64,000 nucleotides of DNA from positions 32,001 through 96,000 of IMG/VR virus record IMGVR_UViG_3300026484_000157, one strand, 5' to 3'. Under the pieces are notes generated by a model. It saw nothing but the letters and a program-made list of their open reading frames with translations. It was not told the origin of the DNA and did no database searches. How positions within the stretch are numbered: position 1 is the first letter of the stretch; each line of letters opens with the position of its first letter. The stretch comes from a virus. Positions 40,843-49,776 of the stretch are shown here, in pieces. A program made the position numbers and the translations under genes.

Positions 40843-41176
40843 TCAAATGACATCAACTGCACAATTCACTATTGATGAATTATTTGCAATGAATGAATGC
40901 ACGAATGGGACACCAATCAGAAATGAAGATGGATATTTAAAGAAATTTCTGCCTGATGACTGGTCTGATTTTAAACATGATATTTTGATTAATGGACTTC
41001 GAGATCCAATTAAAATTGAGCTTAAAGATTCACTATATACAATAAGTGATGGAGTCCATCGGATAATAGCACTTAAGGAACTTCAAAACGAAGGGCTTTA
41101 TGATAAGGATATTAAGTTAACTGTTTCAGTTACTGTATATAAGATCACAAACAAATTAAAATTCAAGGATAACTAA
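40835..41176 (+). CDS. Stand-alone ParB/Srx N-terminal domain protein
   Basis: DILINGLRDPI...ISDGVHRIIALKEL. Confidence 0.75.
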   Translation: MNNQMTSTAQFTIDELFAMNECTNGTPIRNEDGYLKKFLPDDWSDFKHDILINGLRDPIKIELKDSLYTISDGVHRIIALKELQNEGLYDKDIKLTVSVTVYKITNKLKFKDN

Positions 41177-41177
41177 G

Positions 41178-41915
41178 ATGAAAACAACAAACATCATAAT
41201 CGCACATGTTACAAACAAAGACATAACAACCCTATTAATCAATGGTGGATACAATGTACACCCATCGGTTGTGATTGGAACAATCATGGCAGGTAAAGGA
41301 GGAGATGACTCTTTCACTATCCATATTAATAAGGATAAAATAATCACTAAGCCAACTGCACAAGAGTTAGAAACACTTATGACTGCAGGTGTCGAAACTG
41401 TAGAGTTCGATGAACTAGTTAAACAATTCAAGCCAGAAGATGAAAGTCCATTTAAGTCATTATTTGATATCATGGATAATATCATGAAAGAGCGATGTGA
41501 ACAAGATCAGGCTGGATCTGGACTTACTCAAGGGAAGCCAGAGGAAGATACAACATCTAAACCGATAGAAAAACCAACAACATCTGAGGTTGCAGAAGAT
41601 ATCAACGAAAGCTTCTTTAAAAACAAACACAGAACACATTATCTAAAATGGGAAATTGGAAATGGTACATCTATAAGATATTTCTTTTTATATGAGGACA
41701 AGCCAAAGTTAGAAGGCAAATGGGTAATTAAAAATCATGATGACAAGAAATTTCAAATATTTGAAAACAAACAAATTGCAATGTCGATGATTAGATCTCT
41801 TTGTCCATCAACGAAAGCATTGGAGATCACTGGCATTAGAAAACATGATATGTATATCAAGACAATCATGGACGAGAACGGAGTTCTTATTAAAAAAGAA
41901 GAGCAAAAATGTTAA
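41178..41915 (+). CDS. Hypothetical protein
   Basis: 245 aa, SD AAGGA. Confidence 0.5.
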   Translation: MKTTNIIIAHVTNKDITTLLINGGYNVHPSVVIGTIMAGKGGDDSFTIHINKDKIITKPTAQELETLMTAGVETVEFDELVKQFKPEDESPFKSLFDIMDNIMKERCEQDQAGSGLTQGKPEEDTTSKPIEKPTTSEVAEDINESFFKNKHRTHYLKWEIGNGTSIRYFFLYEDKPKLEGKWVIKNHDDKKFQIFENKQIAMSMIRSLCPSTKALEITGIRKHDMYIKTIMDENGVLIKKEEQKC

Positions 41916-42250
41916 AGGTCGGAACAAAATTCAACCCTAGAACAGAATCAATAGCTTCATCTGAAGTTATTGGTGGATACACAGTCTACTCAAATGGTGA
42001 TGGAGTATTTATTTCAAACTCAGATGGTGATCATAAGGTGGTCTTAGATGATCACAATGCATTCTGTGTACAACAAATACTATCAACAATAATGAAGCCT
42101 AATTTTGGACCTTATGTACTAGAAAATGGTAAAGTTTACTATATTGTTAATGCTCTCAAAACTTCATTTATTTTTGAATCTTTTGAAGATGTAGTTAGAT
42201 TCACTTCAATCATAATGGACATCAGAACAATACTGTTAAAAGAAATCTAG
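41909..42250 (+). CDS. Hypothetical protein
   Basis: 113 aa overlapping upstream stop. Confidence 0.45.
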   Translation: MLKVGTKFNPRTESIASSEVIGGYTVYSNGDGVFISNSDGDHKVVLDDHNAFCVQQILSTIMKPNFGPYVLENGKVYYIVNALKTSFIFESFEDVVRFTSIIMDIRTILLKEI

Positions 42251-42300
42251 ATGTTTCAACAATTCCCATTATAAATTAACCTGTTTAATTCAAGAGGAAA

Positions 42301-42335
42301 ACCTCAGCACAATTTCAGCTGAGGTGTGGTATAAT
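42301..42335 (+). promoter_or_regulatory. Inverted repeat plus extended -10 promoter
   Basis: ACCTCAGC-N9-GCTGAGGT followed by TGGTATAAT (42327-42335). Confidence 0.55.
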
Positions 42336-42374
42336 TTTTATAGAAATTTGAGAAGAAAATCGTTTAATCTAGTA

Positions 42375-42436
42375 TTAAAACTTTTGAAATTCAATTTTAT
42401 AGGAATATAAGAATTAAACAAATCAAGGATAACAAC
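42375..42436 (+). promoter_or_regulatory. Conserved promoter plus AAGGATAACAAC leader
   Basis: TTAAAA-N17-TATAGG; near-identical to 50670-50728. Confidence 0.75.
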
Positions 42437-43441
42437 ATGGCAACAAGAAGAGACTTAGACAGAACAATTTCGGCAATCGCATCAGGTATTTTACAAGTTA
42501 TTGATACATATAATTTAACAGGTGATCTTCCATCAGGAAAAGATACAAACATTGAACCAAACATTGCTAAAATTTTCAACAAAGAATTTGGTTGGGCAAT
42601 TGGTAGAGGCGATTATGAAACTGCAATCGATATGATCTCTGAATGGTACCAAATTTTGTTCCTTGAAAGAGCAGATAAATTGCTTGGGGAATATACACCA
42701 TCTTGGGAAGAAGGACATATATCACCATTATTGGGATATTTAAAGCTTTCAATGATAAGAGCAGCACAACAAGTATCAATTAAATTTACTAAAATTAGAC
42801 AAAGAGAACAACAAGTCAACCCAATTGATGATGAATCTTACGATGATGCACTTAACAGAATAATGAACACTCCAAAAAGTGGAAAGATCATTCATGAAAA
42901 TGACCCTATGATATTAGAGTTGGAAGAAATTATCGAGTATTATGAAGCTAACCCATCTGAGAACAATGATAAGAAACTTAAAAAAGCAAAAGAAAAACTA
43001 GATCTAATATTCAACCCAAAGAAAGTACTTCATGATGTAGATGTATTCTTAAATAAAGAGTTTGATGTTATTGATGAAATTGCTTATGAGAGAATTCTTG
43101 CTGACCTTAAAAAGATAATCAAAGGTAGACAAAATTATGAAATCCAAATTAAAATTCTAGATTTATTGTTAGCAGACTTCGCTCCATCTGAAATTGCAAG
43201 ATTATTAAATGTATCAGCAGCAAAAATATCACAAAGAAAGAAAACATTACTTGATGATATCACAAAACTAGCAAAAAAATATAGTGAAGAGGGTGATTCA
43301 ACATTAGATGAGTTCCTTGAGGACAGACTAAGTAAGAAAAATTCTACTAAATCAAAATCTGGTGTTACTGGTAATAGAAAACAAGAGACTAATGTTGAGT
43401 GTCTTCTAACAACAGCAGCACTAATGGGAATTAAATTATAA
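42437..43441 (+). CDS. Sigma factor-like transcription protein
   Basis: Region-4-like HTH KILDLLLADFAPSEIARLLNVSAAKISQRKK; region-2-like segment upstream. Confidence 0.6.
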   Translation: MATRRDLDRTISAIASGILQVIDTYNLTGDLPSGKDTNIEPNIAKIFNKEFGWAIGRGDYETAIDMISEWYQILFLERADKLLGEYTPSWEEGHISPLLGYLKLSMIRAAQQVSIKFTKIRQREQQVNPIDDESYDDALNRIMNTPKSGKIIHENDPMILELEEIIEYYEANPSENNDKKLKKAKEKLDLIFNPKKVLHDVDVFLNKEFDVIDEIAYERILADLKKIIKGRQNYEIQIKILDLLLADFAPSEIARLLNVSAAKISQRKKTLLDDITKLAKKYSEEGDSTLDEFLEDRLSKKNSTKSKSGVTGNRKQETNVECLLTTAALMGIKL

Positions 43442-43490
43442 TCCAAACCAATTTATAAGAGCATAACCCAACAAAGGAGTTGCTCTTATG
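43431..43490 (+). promoter_or_regulatory. Conserved promoter overlapping a start-codon-occluding hairpin
   Basis: TTAAAT-N17-TATAAG; ATAAGAGCA(43455-63)/TGCTCTTAT(43481-89). Confidence 0.65.
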
Positions 43491-43949
43491 CTACTAATAC
43501 ATGAAGTTCTTGAAAAAGAATGTAATATTCAAGTCGACCAAGACACCCCAAGATTAATATCTTCTCCTTTACGATCAGACTCATCACCATCATTTAGAGT
43601 ATTCCCACCAGAATTCGATGATAATGGTGGTCTTGTATGCAACGGTGCATATGATTATGGTAAAGGTAAATCATATTCTTGTTATTCATTTATTAAAGAA
43701 TATCACCAGTATGAAACCAAGAGAGAAGTCCTTGATCACATTAAAGAAGTTTATGGGATAACAATGGATGTAACATTCGAGGAATCTAAAAAGGACAAGG
43801 ATCTACATGATAAAATTCAGATTATTGCCAATTCCAGATTCATTAACAATAATAAGAAGATTAAGGCTCTTGAAAAATCAGTAGTTACATATTATAGAGG
43901 TAACTCTGCCCAGATGGATTTAATAATTGAGAAGTCGTTAATTTTCTAA
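43488..43949 (+). CDS. Stand-alone primase zinc-binding-domain-like protein
   Basis: SSPLRSDSSPSFRVF...AYDYGKG...SFIKEY resembles the CHC2 domain but lacks canonical Cys; no TOPRIM domain. Confidence 0.6.
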   Translation: MLLIHEVLEKECNIQVDQDTPRLISSPLRSDSSPSFRVFPPEFDDNGGLVCNGAYDYGKGKSYSCYSFIKEYHQYETKREVLDHIKEVYGITMDVTFEESKKDKDLHDKIQIIANSRFINNNKKIKALEKSVVTYYRGNSAQMDLIIEKSLIF

Positions 43950-43952
43950 TTA

Positions 43953-43981
43953 TTAAAAAGACCCAATTCAACTTTTATATA
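43953..43981 (+). promoter_or_regulatory. Conserved promoter
   Basis: TTAAAA-N17-TATATA. Confidence 0.6.
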
Positions 43982-44015
43982 AAAATATAAACAAATCAAA
44001 AAAGGATAAGACAAA

Positions 44016-44414
44016 ATGGAAAATAATACAGCAATCCAACTTTCAGAACTACACAAACTAATGGAGATAAAAGATCAGCTTTCTAAAATGAAAGTATCAG
44101 AGCTAAATAACATTCTCATAGATAAAACTGCTGATTTAATGGTTAATGCAGATCTTAGTCAAATGGAATATGCAAAACATATTCAAAATGAAATTAATTC
44201 GCTTGTAACTGTAACTGCTCCACTTTCTGCTAAGCAAATATCAGAGTTGCCTATTAAAACTATAGTATCATATGTAAAGGCATATTATGTAGTTACTAAA
44301 ATTGACTGGAATAAAAATTATAGTGATGATGATGCAATGATTGATGTTGATTTCGCTTTTTATTCAGGATTTACTGCAGAATTCTCAGAATTTGTAACTG
44401 GTATAATGGACTAA
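44016..44414 (+). CDS. Hypothetical protein
   Basis: 132 aa, SD AAGGA. Confidence 0.5.
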   Translation: MENNTAIQLSELHKLMEIKDQLSKMKVSELNNILIDKTADLMVNADLSQMEYAKHIQNEINSLVTVTAPLSAKQISELPIKTIVSYVKAYYVVTKIDWNKNYSDDDAMIDVDFAFYSGFTAEFSEFVTGIMD

Positions 44415-44418
44415 CATT

Positions 44419-46287
44419 ATGGCTGATGTTTATTCTCTTGAAAAAGGTCTGGATCATCTTTATCCAGAATATCAACTACAATATAAAGATAATATTGATG
44501 GGTTTAACAAGACATTTAATCCATCAATGATTGATGTGAATAAAACTATGTTCAAGAAATCTATGGAAATGATAGAGCATCATAAATGGATGAAAGAATG
44601 TAAATTCACACTAGCAACATATACTGATCCAAAAGAGGATTATGAATTAGATATTGAAAAGTTTGACAACATTGATCAGCTAATTGCTCTAATAGACGAC
44701 CGATGTGAAATGCAAGACCCAGAGGATAACCCAGTCCTAAAAGAGCCAAAGAAAATTGTCGCATTCGATTTAGAAACAACTGGTCTTAGAAACAGACATC
44801 AGAGAATTGGTGGTAAAAAAGAGTCACAAGTAGGTATTGTTGGAATATGTGTTGCATATTCTGAAACTGAGGGTTATTATATACCAATTAAACATAATGA
44901 GTTAGATGGCATTAAGAATTGGACTATTCAAGATGCAGTTAAGCTTATCAATTATTTCCAACAAGATAACCATCTGGTAATATGGCACAATGCAATATAC
45001 GATTTATTTGTAAGTATATCATCAGGTGTAACTTTGAATAAATCAATGAACCATGATACCTATTTATTATGGAAGATGACATTTGAGGAAGAATTTAGCA
45101 ATCTATTTCAATACGGACTAAAGCTCTTATCAGAAAGATTCCTTAAAAGAAAAATGCAGACAATTAACGATCTGCTTGGTGTTGATGCGAAAGCACACAT
45201 AGAATTTCAGAGATTACCATCTGTAAATGCAGTAACCTATGCAGTGTCTGATGCAACTAACACTTATGCACTTTGGAAATATCTATTTAGCAAAAAATTC
45301 AGAAGAAACCCATATACTAAACAGCCAATAGCAACTAGACTGGAAATGCGATCTATCTATGATTCATTATCAATGCTAAGTACTGGGATTCCAATAAACA
45401 CAAGTCATGCAATCCCAATGCTGAAAACAATTTACAGAAGACAAATATTATTACAGAGTAAATTTGACCAATTGGTAGGTGATGGATTCACAGTAATAAC
45501 TAGTGATGAAAAATGTGGAATGTATATTGGTAAAACAATAATGGGTGCTTGGGAAGAGTCAGGAAAAGACAAAGATCAGGGATATAAATTTTTGGAAGAA
45601 AAATTTGGAATGAAGATGACTGTTAGAAATGGTGCAGGTGGAGTGAAAAAAGAGACATTCTCAAATGCTGATTCAGTTCTTGAAGCATTACTTAAATCTC
45701 TCCCAAATATGGATTTCATTAAAGATGAACAGAAGAAATCTTTAACATCAATCATTAAATATATACAAGCATATCGATCATTAGACCATGAAAGATCTGG
45801 ATATCTTGGAATAATAAGATCAGTAACATTGGATGATAGAGGATATCCTTTTGTTCACAACTCGCTGAACCTTAATGGTACCGACTGTGTAATAAAAGAT
45901 ACACCAATAAACATAAGAGTTAACAAATCTAATAAGCCAATATCCACGACGATGGACAAGCTAGATAGATATTGTGATTATGATGATCTTGAGGGCGAAT
46001 ATGAGTTTAATGAATACATAGAAATTGAAACTATTGATGGCTGGGTACATATAACTCATTTTGTTACTAAACATAAAGACACAATTGAAATATCAACTAA
46101 ATCAAGATCTATTGGTGTAGCAACTAGACATAGATTCATGAATGAAAATGACAGATGGATATATGCTAATGAATTGAAAATTGGGGATTTTGTCAAAACA
46201 ATAGATGGTTATGAAGAGGTTACAAAGATAATCAATTTAAAAGGACAAATGACATATGATATTGTCACCAACCACAAACAATTATAA
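44419..46287 (+). CDS. polA: Family A DNA polymerase N-terminal part (3'-5' exonuclease, thumb) fused to split intein N-fragment
   Basis: ExoI AFDLETTGL, ExoII WHNAIYDL, GLKLLS, ExoIII YAVSDA; HNSLNLNGTD then intein CVIKDT. Confidence 0.88.
   Translation: MADVYSLEKGLDHLYPEYQLQYKDNIDGFNKTFNPSMIDVNKTMFKKSMEMIEHHKWMKECKFTLATYTDPKEDYELDIEKFDNIDQLIALIDDRCEMQDPEDNPVLKEPKKIVAFDLETTGLRNRHQRIGGKKESQVGIVGICVAYSETEGYYIPIKHNELDGIKNWTIQDAVKLINYFQQDNHLVIWHNAIYDLFVSISSGVTLNKSMNHDTYLLWKMTFEEEFSNLFQYGLKLLSERFLKRKMQTINDLLGVDAKAHIEFQRLPSVNAVTYAVSDATNTYALWKYLFSKKFRRNPYTKQPIATRLEMRSIYDSLSMLSTGIPINTSHAIPMLKTIYRRQILLQSKFDQLVGDGFTVITSDEKCGMYIGKTIMGAWEESGKDKDQGYKFLEEKFGMKMTVRNGAGGVKKETFSNADSVLEALLKSLPNMDFIKDEQKKSLTSIIKYIQAYRSLDHERSGYLGIIRSVTLDDRGYPFVHNSLNLNGTDCVIKDTPINIRVNKSNKPISTTMDKLDRYCDYDDLEGEYEFNEYIEIETIDGWVHITHFVTKHKDTIEISTKSRSIGVATRHRFMNENDRWIYANELKIGDFVKTIDGYEEVTKIINLKGQMTYDIVTNHKQL
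45886..46284 (+). mobile_element. Split intein N-fragment (133 aa)
   Basis: Cys1 CVIKDTPI, ETIDGW, block B VATRHRF, ELKIGDFVKTIDG, start of block F TYDIVT, then stop. Confidence 0.85.
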
Positions 46288-47104
46288 GACAATAAAATCA
46301 TATACAAATGGCTTCACAAATATAAAGAAATTTGTGAAGCTACTACACACTAATAAAGGTTACAACTTTAAGAGATACAACTTCATGTATCCAATCAGAT
46401 TCAAGATAGTTCTGTTCTTATTCATAATGAGGGAGCAGAACTCAATATATAAGTATAAAATTCCAGAAAACTGTAAAATGAGATATGATACTGATAAAAT
46501 CATAATAACATGTCCATTTCATGGAGACTTCAGTCAAAGAATAATAAAACACATAAGTGGTAATGGTTGCCCAAAATGTGCATCAAATATACGGCTGACA
46601 AATGAAGAATTCGACTCGAGATTGAAGTTAATAGATAAAAGTTTGATAAGATTAGATGAATATATTTCAATGGAACATGGACTAGATATAAAATGTATGA
46701 GATGTGGAGATATATTTAATAAAACTCCAAATATATTATTATATGGTAATAGTGGATGTAGTGTATGCAGATCTAAAGAATCTAAAGGTTCATTAGAAAT
46801 TTCACATCAACTAAATCTATTCAAAGTAAGGTATATTAAAGAATATAGATTCAAGGATATAGCAAGAATGCCATTTGATTTTTATTTGCCAGATTATAAT
46901 ATATGCATCGAATATGATGGGGAACAACACTTCACATATAATAATCCATTTAGTTCGTTAGTAGGAAATACTATTAAAAATGACCAAATCAAGAACAATT
47001 TCTGTGCTAAGAACAATATCAAATTAATCAGGATACCCTATACAAGTTATAAGGATATAAGATTAATAATAGTAACAATAAAGGACAACAATGAAAAGAT
47101 ATGA
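46256..47104 (+). CDS. Free-standing homing endonuclease (zinc-finger repeats plus Vsr/DUF559-like nuclease)
   Basis: CPFHGDF...GCPKC, CMRC...GCSVC; FDFYLPDYNICIEYDGEQHF...DQIKNNFC...LIRIPY. Confidence 0.85.
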   Translation: MILSPTTNNYKTIKSYTNGFTNIKKFVKLLHTNKGYNFKRYNFMYPIRFKIVLFLFIMREQNSIYKYKIPENCKMRYDTDKIIITCPFHGDFSQRIIKHISGNGCPKCASNIRLTNEEFDSRLKLIDKSLIRLDEYISMEHGLDIKCMRCGDIFNKTPNILLYGNSGCSVCRSKESKGSLEISHQLNLFKVRYIKEYRFKDIARMPFDFYLPDYNICIEYDGEQHFTYNNPFSSLVGNTIKNDQIKNNFCAKNNIKLIRIPYTSYKDIRLIIVTIKDNNEKI

Positions 47105-47384
47105 TTATATTGCAAATGGGTTTGTTTGCCATAACACTGGACGGTATTCCAATGCTAAAACAAGATTTAATAGATTAACTATCAATGTCACAAAAACTGG
47201 TAAAGTCAATATAAAATTTAAAGATTCATCTATCCTACCAAATATGCAAGGACTATCAGGTAGACCATATATTACGAAACCTGCTAAACAACTTAAGTCT
47301 ATTCCAATATCTATCGAGCAAGACATAACAAGTTTAAATGATAAGGTTGAAGAGTTATTCAGAGAAGAAATACTAAAATTATAA
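47091..47384 (+). CDS. polA: Split intein C-fragment (15 aa) plus PolA C-extein segment
   Basis: SD AAGGA; MKRYDYIANGFVCHN then TGRYS...PNMQG (PolA TGRxS...PNLQ motif). Confidence 0.85.
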   Translation: MKRYDYIANGFVCHNTGRYSNAKTRFNRLTINVTKTGKVNIKFKDSSILPNMQGLSGRPYITKPAKQLKSIPISIEQDITSLNDKVEELFREEILKL

Positions 47385-47405
47385 TAATCAAGAAGGATAA
47401 CAACA

Positions 47406-49709
47406 ATGAAATTAGATGAGTTTCAACAAAAGATAGTTGATAGCAACCAAGATCAATCAACTCTAGTTACTATTACGGCAGGTGCAGGATGTGTAGCATA
47501 TGACACCCCAATTGTAGTAAAAATAAAAGATAACATACCACAAGATGTTTATTATAAGCTTTCCAAAATATTAAATGATAAAATGATAACCACAATAGAA
47601 ATTTCGAAGTTATTCGAAATCAAGGATCTTCTTGAATATATAGAAATAGACACACCTGATGGTTGGCAACCGATAGATGATGTGTTTGAAACTGGTGATA
47701 AAAAGTCATATAACATAACGACTGAGACTGGTGATATAACTGTTTCTGAAGATCATTGGTTATTAGACAACAACAATAACTGGTCTTCTGTCGCTTCGCT
47801 TCATGTTGATGATATAATACAAACCAGAGATGGGAACGAGAAGATTATATCGAAGAAATCAATTGGTACAATAAAAACTATGGACATTACTGTTGGACAT
47901 GAGAATCATAGATATTACACTCAAAATATAATATCACACAACAGTGGTAAAAGCACTGTTTTCGCAAATAAAATAGCTAGGTTAATTTTAGAAGGTCATG
48001 CAAAACCTGATGAGATAATAACACTAACCTTCACAAATAAAGCAGCACGGGATATTAAAAGTAAAATAAAAGCACTACTTCCAAAGGGTGCTGAACTTCC
48101 ACATGTATCAACAATTCATAGCTTATTTATCAAACTACTAAGAGATTTCAAAGTCAATCCTATTGTAATGAATGAATGGGGCAATATTTTAACTTTGAGA
48201 TCAATTATTGAACAACATTACCAATTTGATACAAAAGGTGAGCTTACTGCATTTACTAGAGATATTCTTGCTTATGTAGATCAATATCAATTATCTGCTC
48301 CTGATATCAACATTGATGACTGGAAATTATCTGATTATGTTGAAGATTGTACAATCACAAGTAAAAAATTTAACAAAATTTACAAAGAATATGATAAGTT
48401 TAAGAGGGAGAAGAATTTATGGTCGTATAACGATTTAATTTCATCTAGAGTAAAAGAAGTAATCGATTTTAATAAAATTAATAGTTCAACCAAATATTTA
48501 TTCAATGATGAGGCTCATGATGAGACATTGGCAGAATTACTTCTAATAAGAGATATAGCAAGTCAAAATATCTTATATAACATACAAGATAACTGCCAAG
48601 AAATTTATGGGTGGAGATTTAGTCGTGCTGATCTATTAGCAGATAAATCCTTTTGGGCAGATCACTTCAATAAATATGAAGAGTACAAACTTCTGAAAAA
48701 TTATAGATCAACTGAAAATATATTGAAAGTGTCGAATTTATATAGATCACATCTGGATGATATCCAATTAATACCCACTAAAGAAAACTTGAAGGGATCA
48801 GTTAAAATATCTCAGGTGGAAATGGAAACTCATGAAGGTAAATATATCGCAGTTGAGATAAAGAAATTACTGGAAGAGGGTACTGCTCCAAAAGACATAA
48901 CAATATTGGTAAGATCAAATATGTTCATTAAATCAATACTTGAGCCACACTTAATAGAATCAAATATACCTTACACAATTGATACTCCAAAATCAAAAAA
49001 GAAGATGTTTGAATCTCCAATAAACAAGATATTCCTATCATTTATGGAAATATATTCGAATAACGAGAATTTACTAAGCATAATCTCAATATGTGATTAT
49101 TATATTGGTGTTGGTGCAGGATCTAAAAAGACTCTAATGGATTCATTTATTAACACTTCAATGTTAACACCAGATAAGAAATTCGATAACATAAGATACA
49201 CTTTTAATAACATATGTGAGTTTTCAACTCAATATTCATCTGCTTCAAAATTGCCAGTAATACTAGATTACTTTGAATCTTTAATAAGACAATTCATAAA
49301 AACTTCTGAATACAATGAAAATAAGATCAATCTCATAAGAAAAACTATCACAAATTATGTGTATACAATCTATGAAGATTATCCATCTTACACAATCCAT
49401 GAGATTTTTGCTGAAATTATAACACAAATTGACTCATTTGAAGATGATGCTATGAATAAGGTTAAAATCATGACATATTATGGTGCAAAAGGATTATCAC
49501 TTCCATATGTATTTGTATCAGATATGTCATTAAAAGCACCTAAATCGAATAGTGATAGTGACAATTCATTATATGTAGCATTATCTAGGGCTGAAACAAG
49601 AATGTATATTGTTTCATCAAGTATAAAAATTAACAGAAGTTTTGGCAAAATGAAACAAAATATCCCATCAATATGGACTAAAACATATAACAAGCTTGTT
49701 GGTGGTTAA
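47406..49709 (+). CDS. uvrD: UvrD/Rep/PcrA-like SF1 helicase with intein
   Basis: AGAG/SGKST after intein removal, LTFTNKAA, STIHS, DEAHD, QEIYGWR, NYRST, ILVRSN, LYVALSRA. Confidence 0.9.
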   Translation: MKLDEFQQKIVDSNQDQSTLVTITAGAGCVAYDTPIVVKIKDNIPQDVYYKLSKILNDKMITTIEISKLFEIKDLLEYIEIDTPDGWQPIDDVFETGDKKSYNITTETGDITVSEDHWLLDNNNNWSSVASLHVDDIIQTRDGNEKIISKKSIGTIKTMDITVGHENHRYYTQNIISHNSGKSTVFANKIARLILEGHAKPDEIITLTFTNKAARDIKSKIKALLPKGAELPHVSTIHSLFIKLLRDFKVNPIVMNEWGNILTLRSIIEQHYQFDTKGELTAFTRDILAYVDQYQLSAPDINIDDWKLSDYVEDCTITSKKFNKIYKEYDKFKREKNLWSYNDLISSRVKEVIDFNKINSSTKYLFNDEAHDETLAELLLIRDIASQNILYNIQDNCQEIYGWRFSRADLLADKSFWADHFNKYEEYKLLKNYRSTENILKVSNLYRSHLDDIQLIPTKENLKGSVKISQVEMETHEGKYIAVEIKKLLEEGTAPKDITILVRSNMFIKSILEPHLIESNIPYTIDTPKSKKKMFESPINKIFLSFMEIYSNNENLLSIISICDYYIGVGAGSKKTLMDSFINTSMLTPDKKFDNIRYTFNNICEFSTQYSSASKLPVILDYFESLIRQFIKTSEYNENKINLIRKTITNYVYTIYEDYPSYTIHEIFAEIITQIDSFEDDAMNKVKIMTYYGAKGLSLPYVFVSDMSLKAPKSNSDSDNSLYVALSRAETRMYIVSSSIKINRSFGKMKQNIPSIWTKTYNKLVGG
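47490..47942 (+). mobile_element. Mini-intein (151 aa) in UvrD Walker A
   Basis: CVAYDT start, VSEDHWL block B, TMDITV...IISHN end followed by Ser. Confidence 0.92.
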
Positions 49710-49716
49710 TTTATAG

Positions 49717-49776
49717 TTAAAACTTCTAAATCCTGATTTTATAAGAACATAACAAATTAAAACTCAGGATAACAAC
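49717..49776 (+). promoter_or_regulatory. Conserved promoter plus leader
   Basis: TTAAAA-N17-TATAAG; CAGGATAACAAC before ATG. Confidence 0.75.

Noticed and set aside
46279-47093. Group I intron or ribosomal bypass removing the endonuclease gene
   Set aside because: The interval is almost wholly coding with no recognisable intron core, and the downstream ORF has its own SD and ATG; a split intein is the simpler reading
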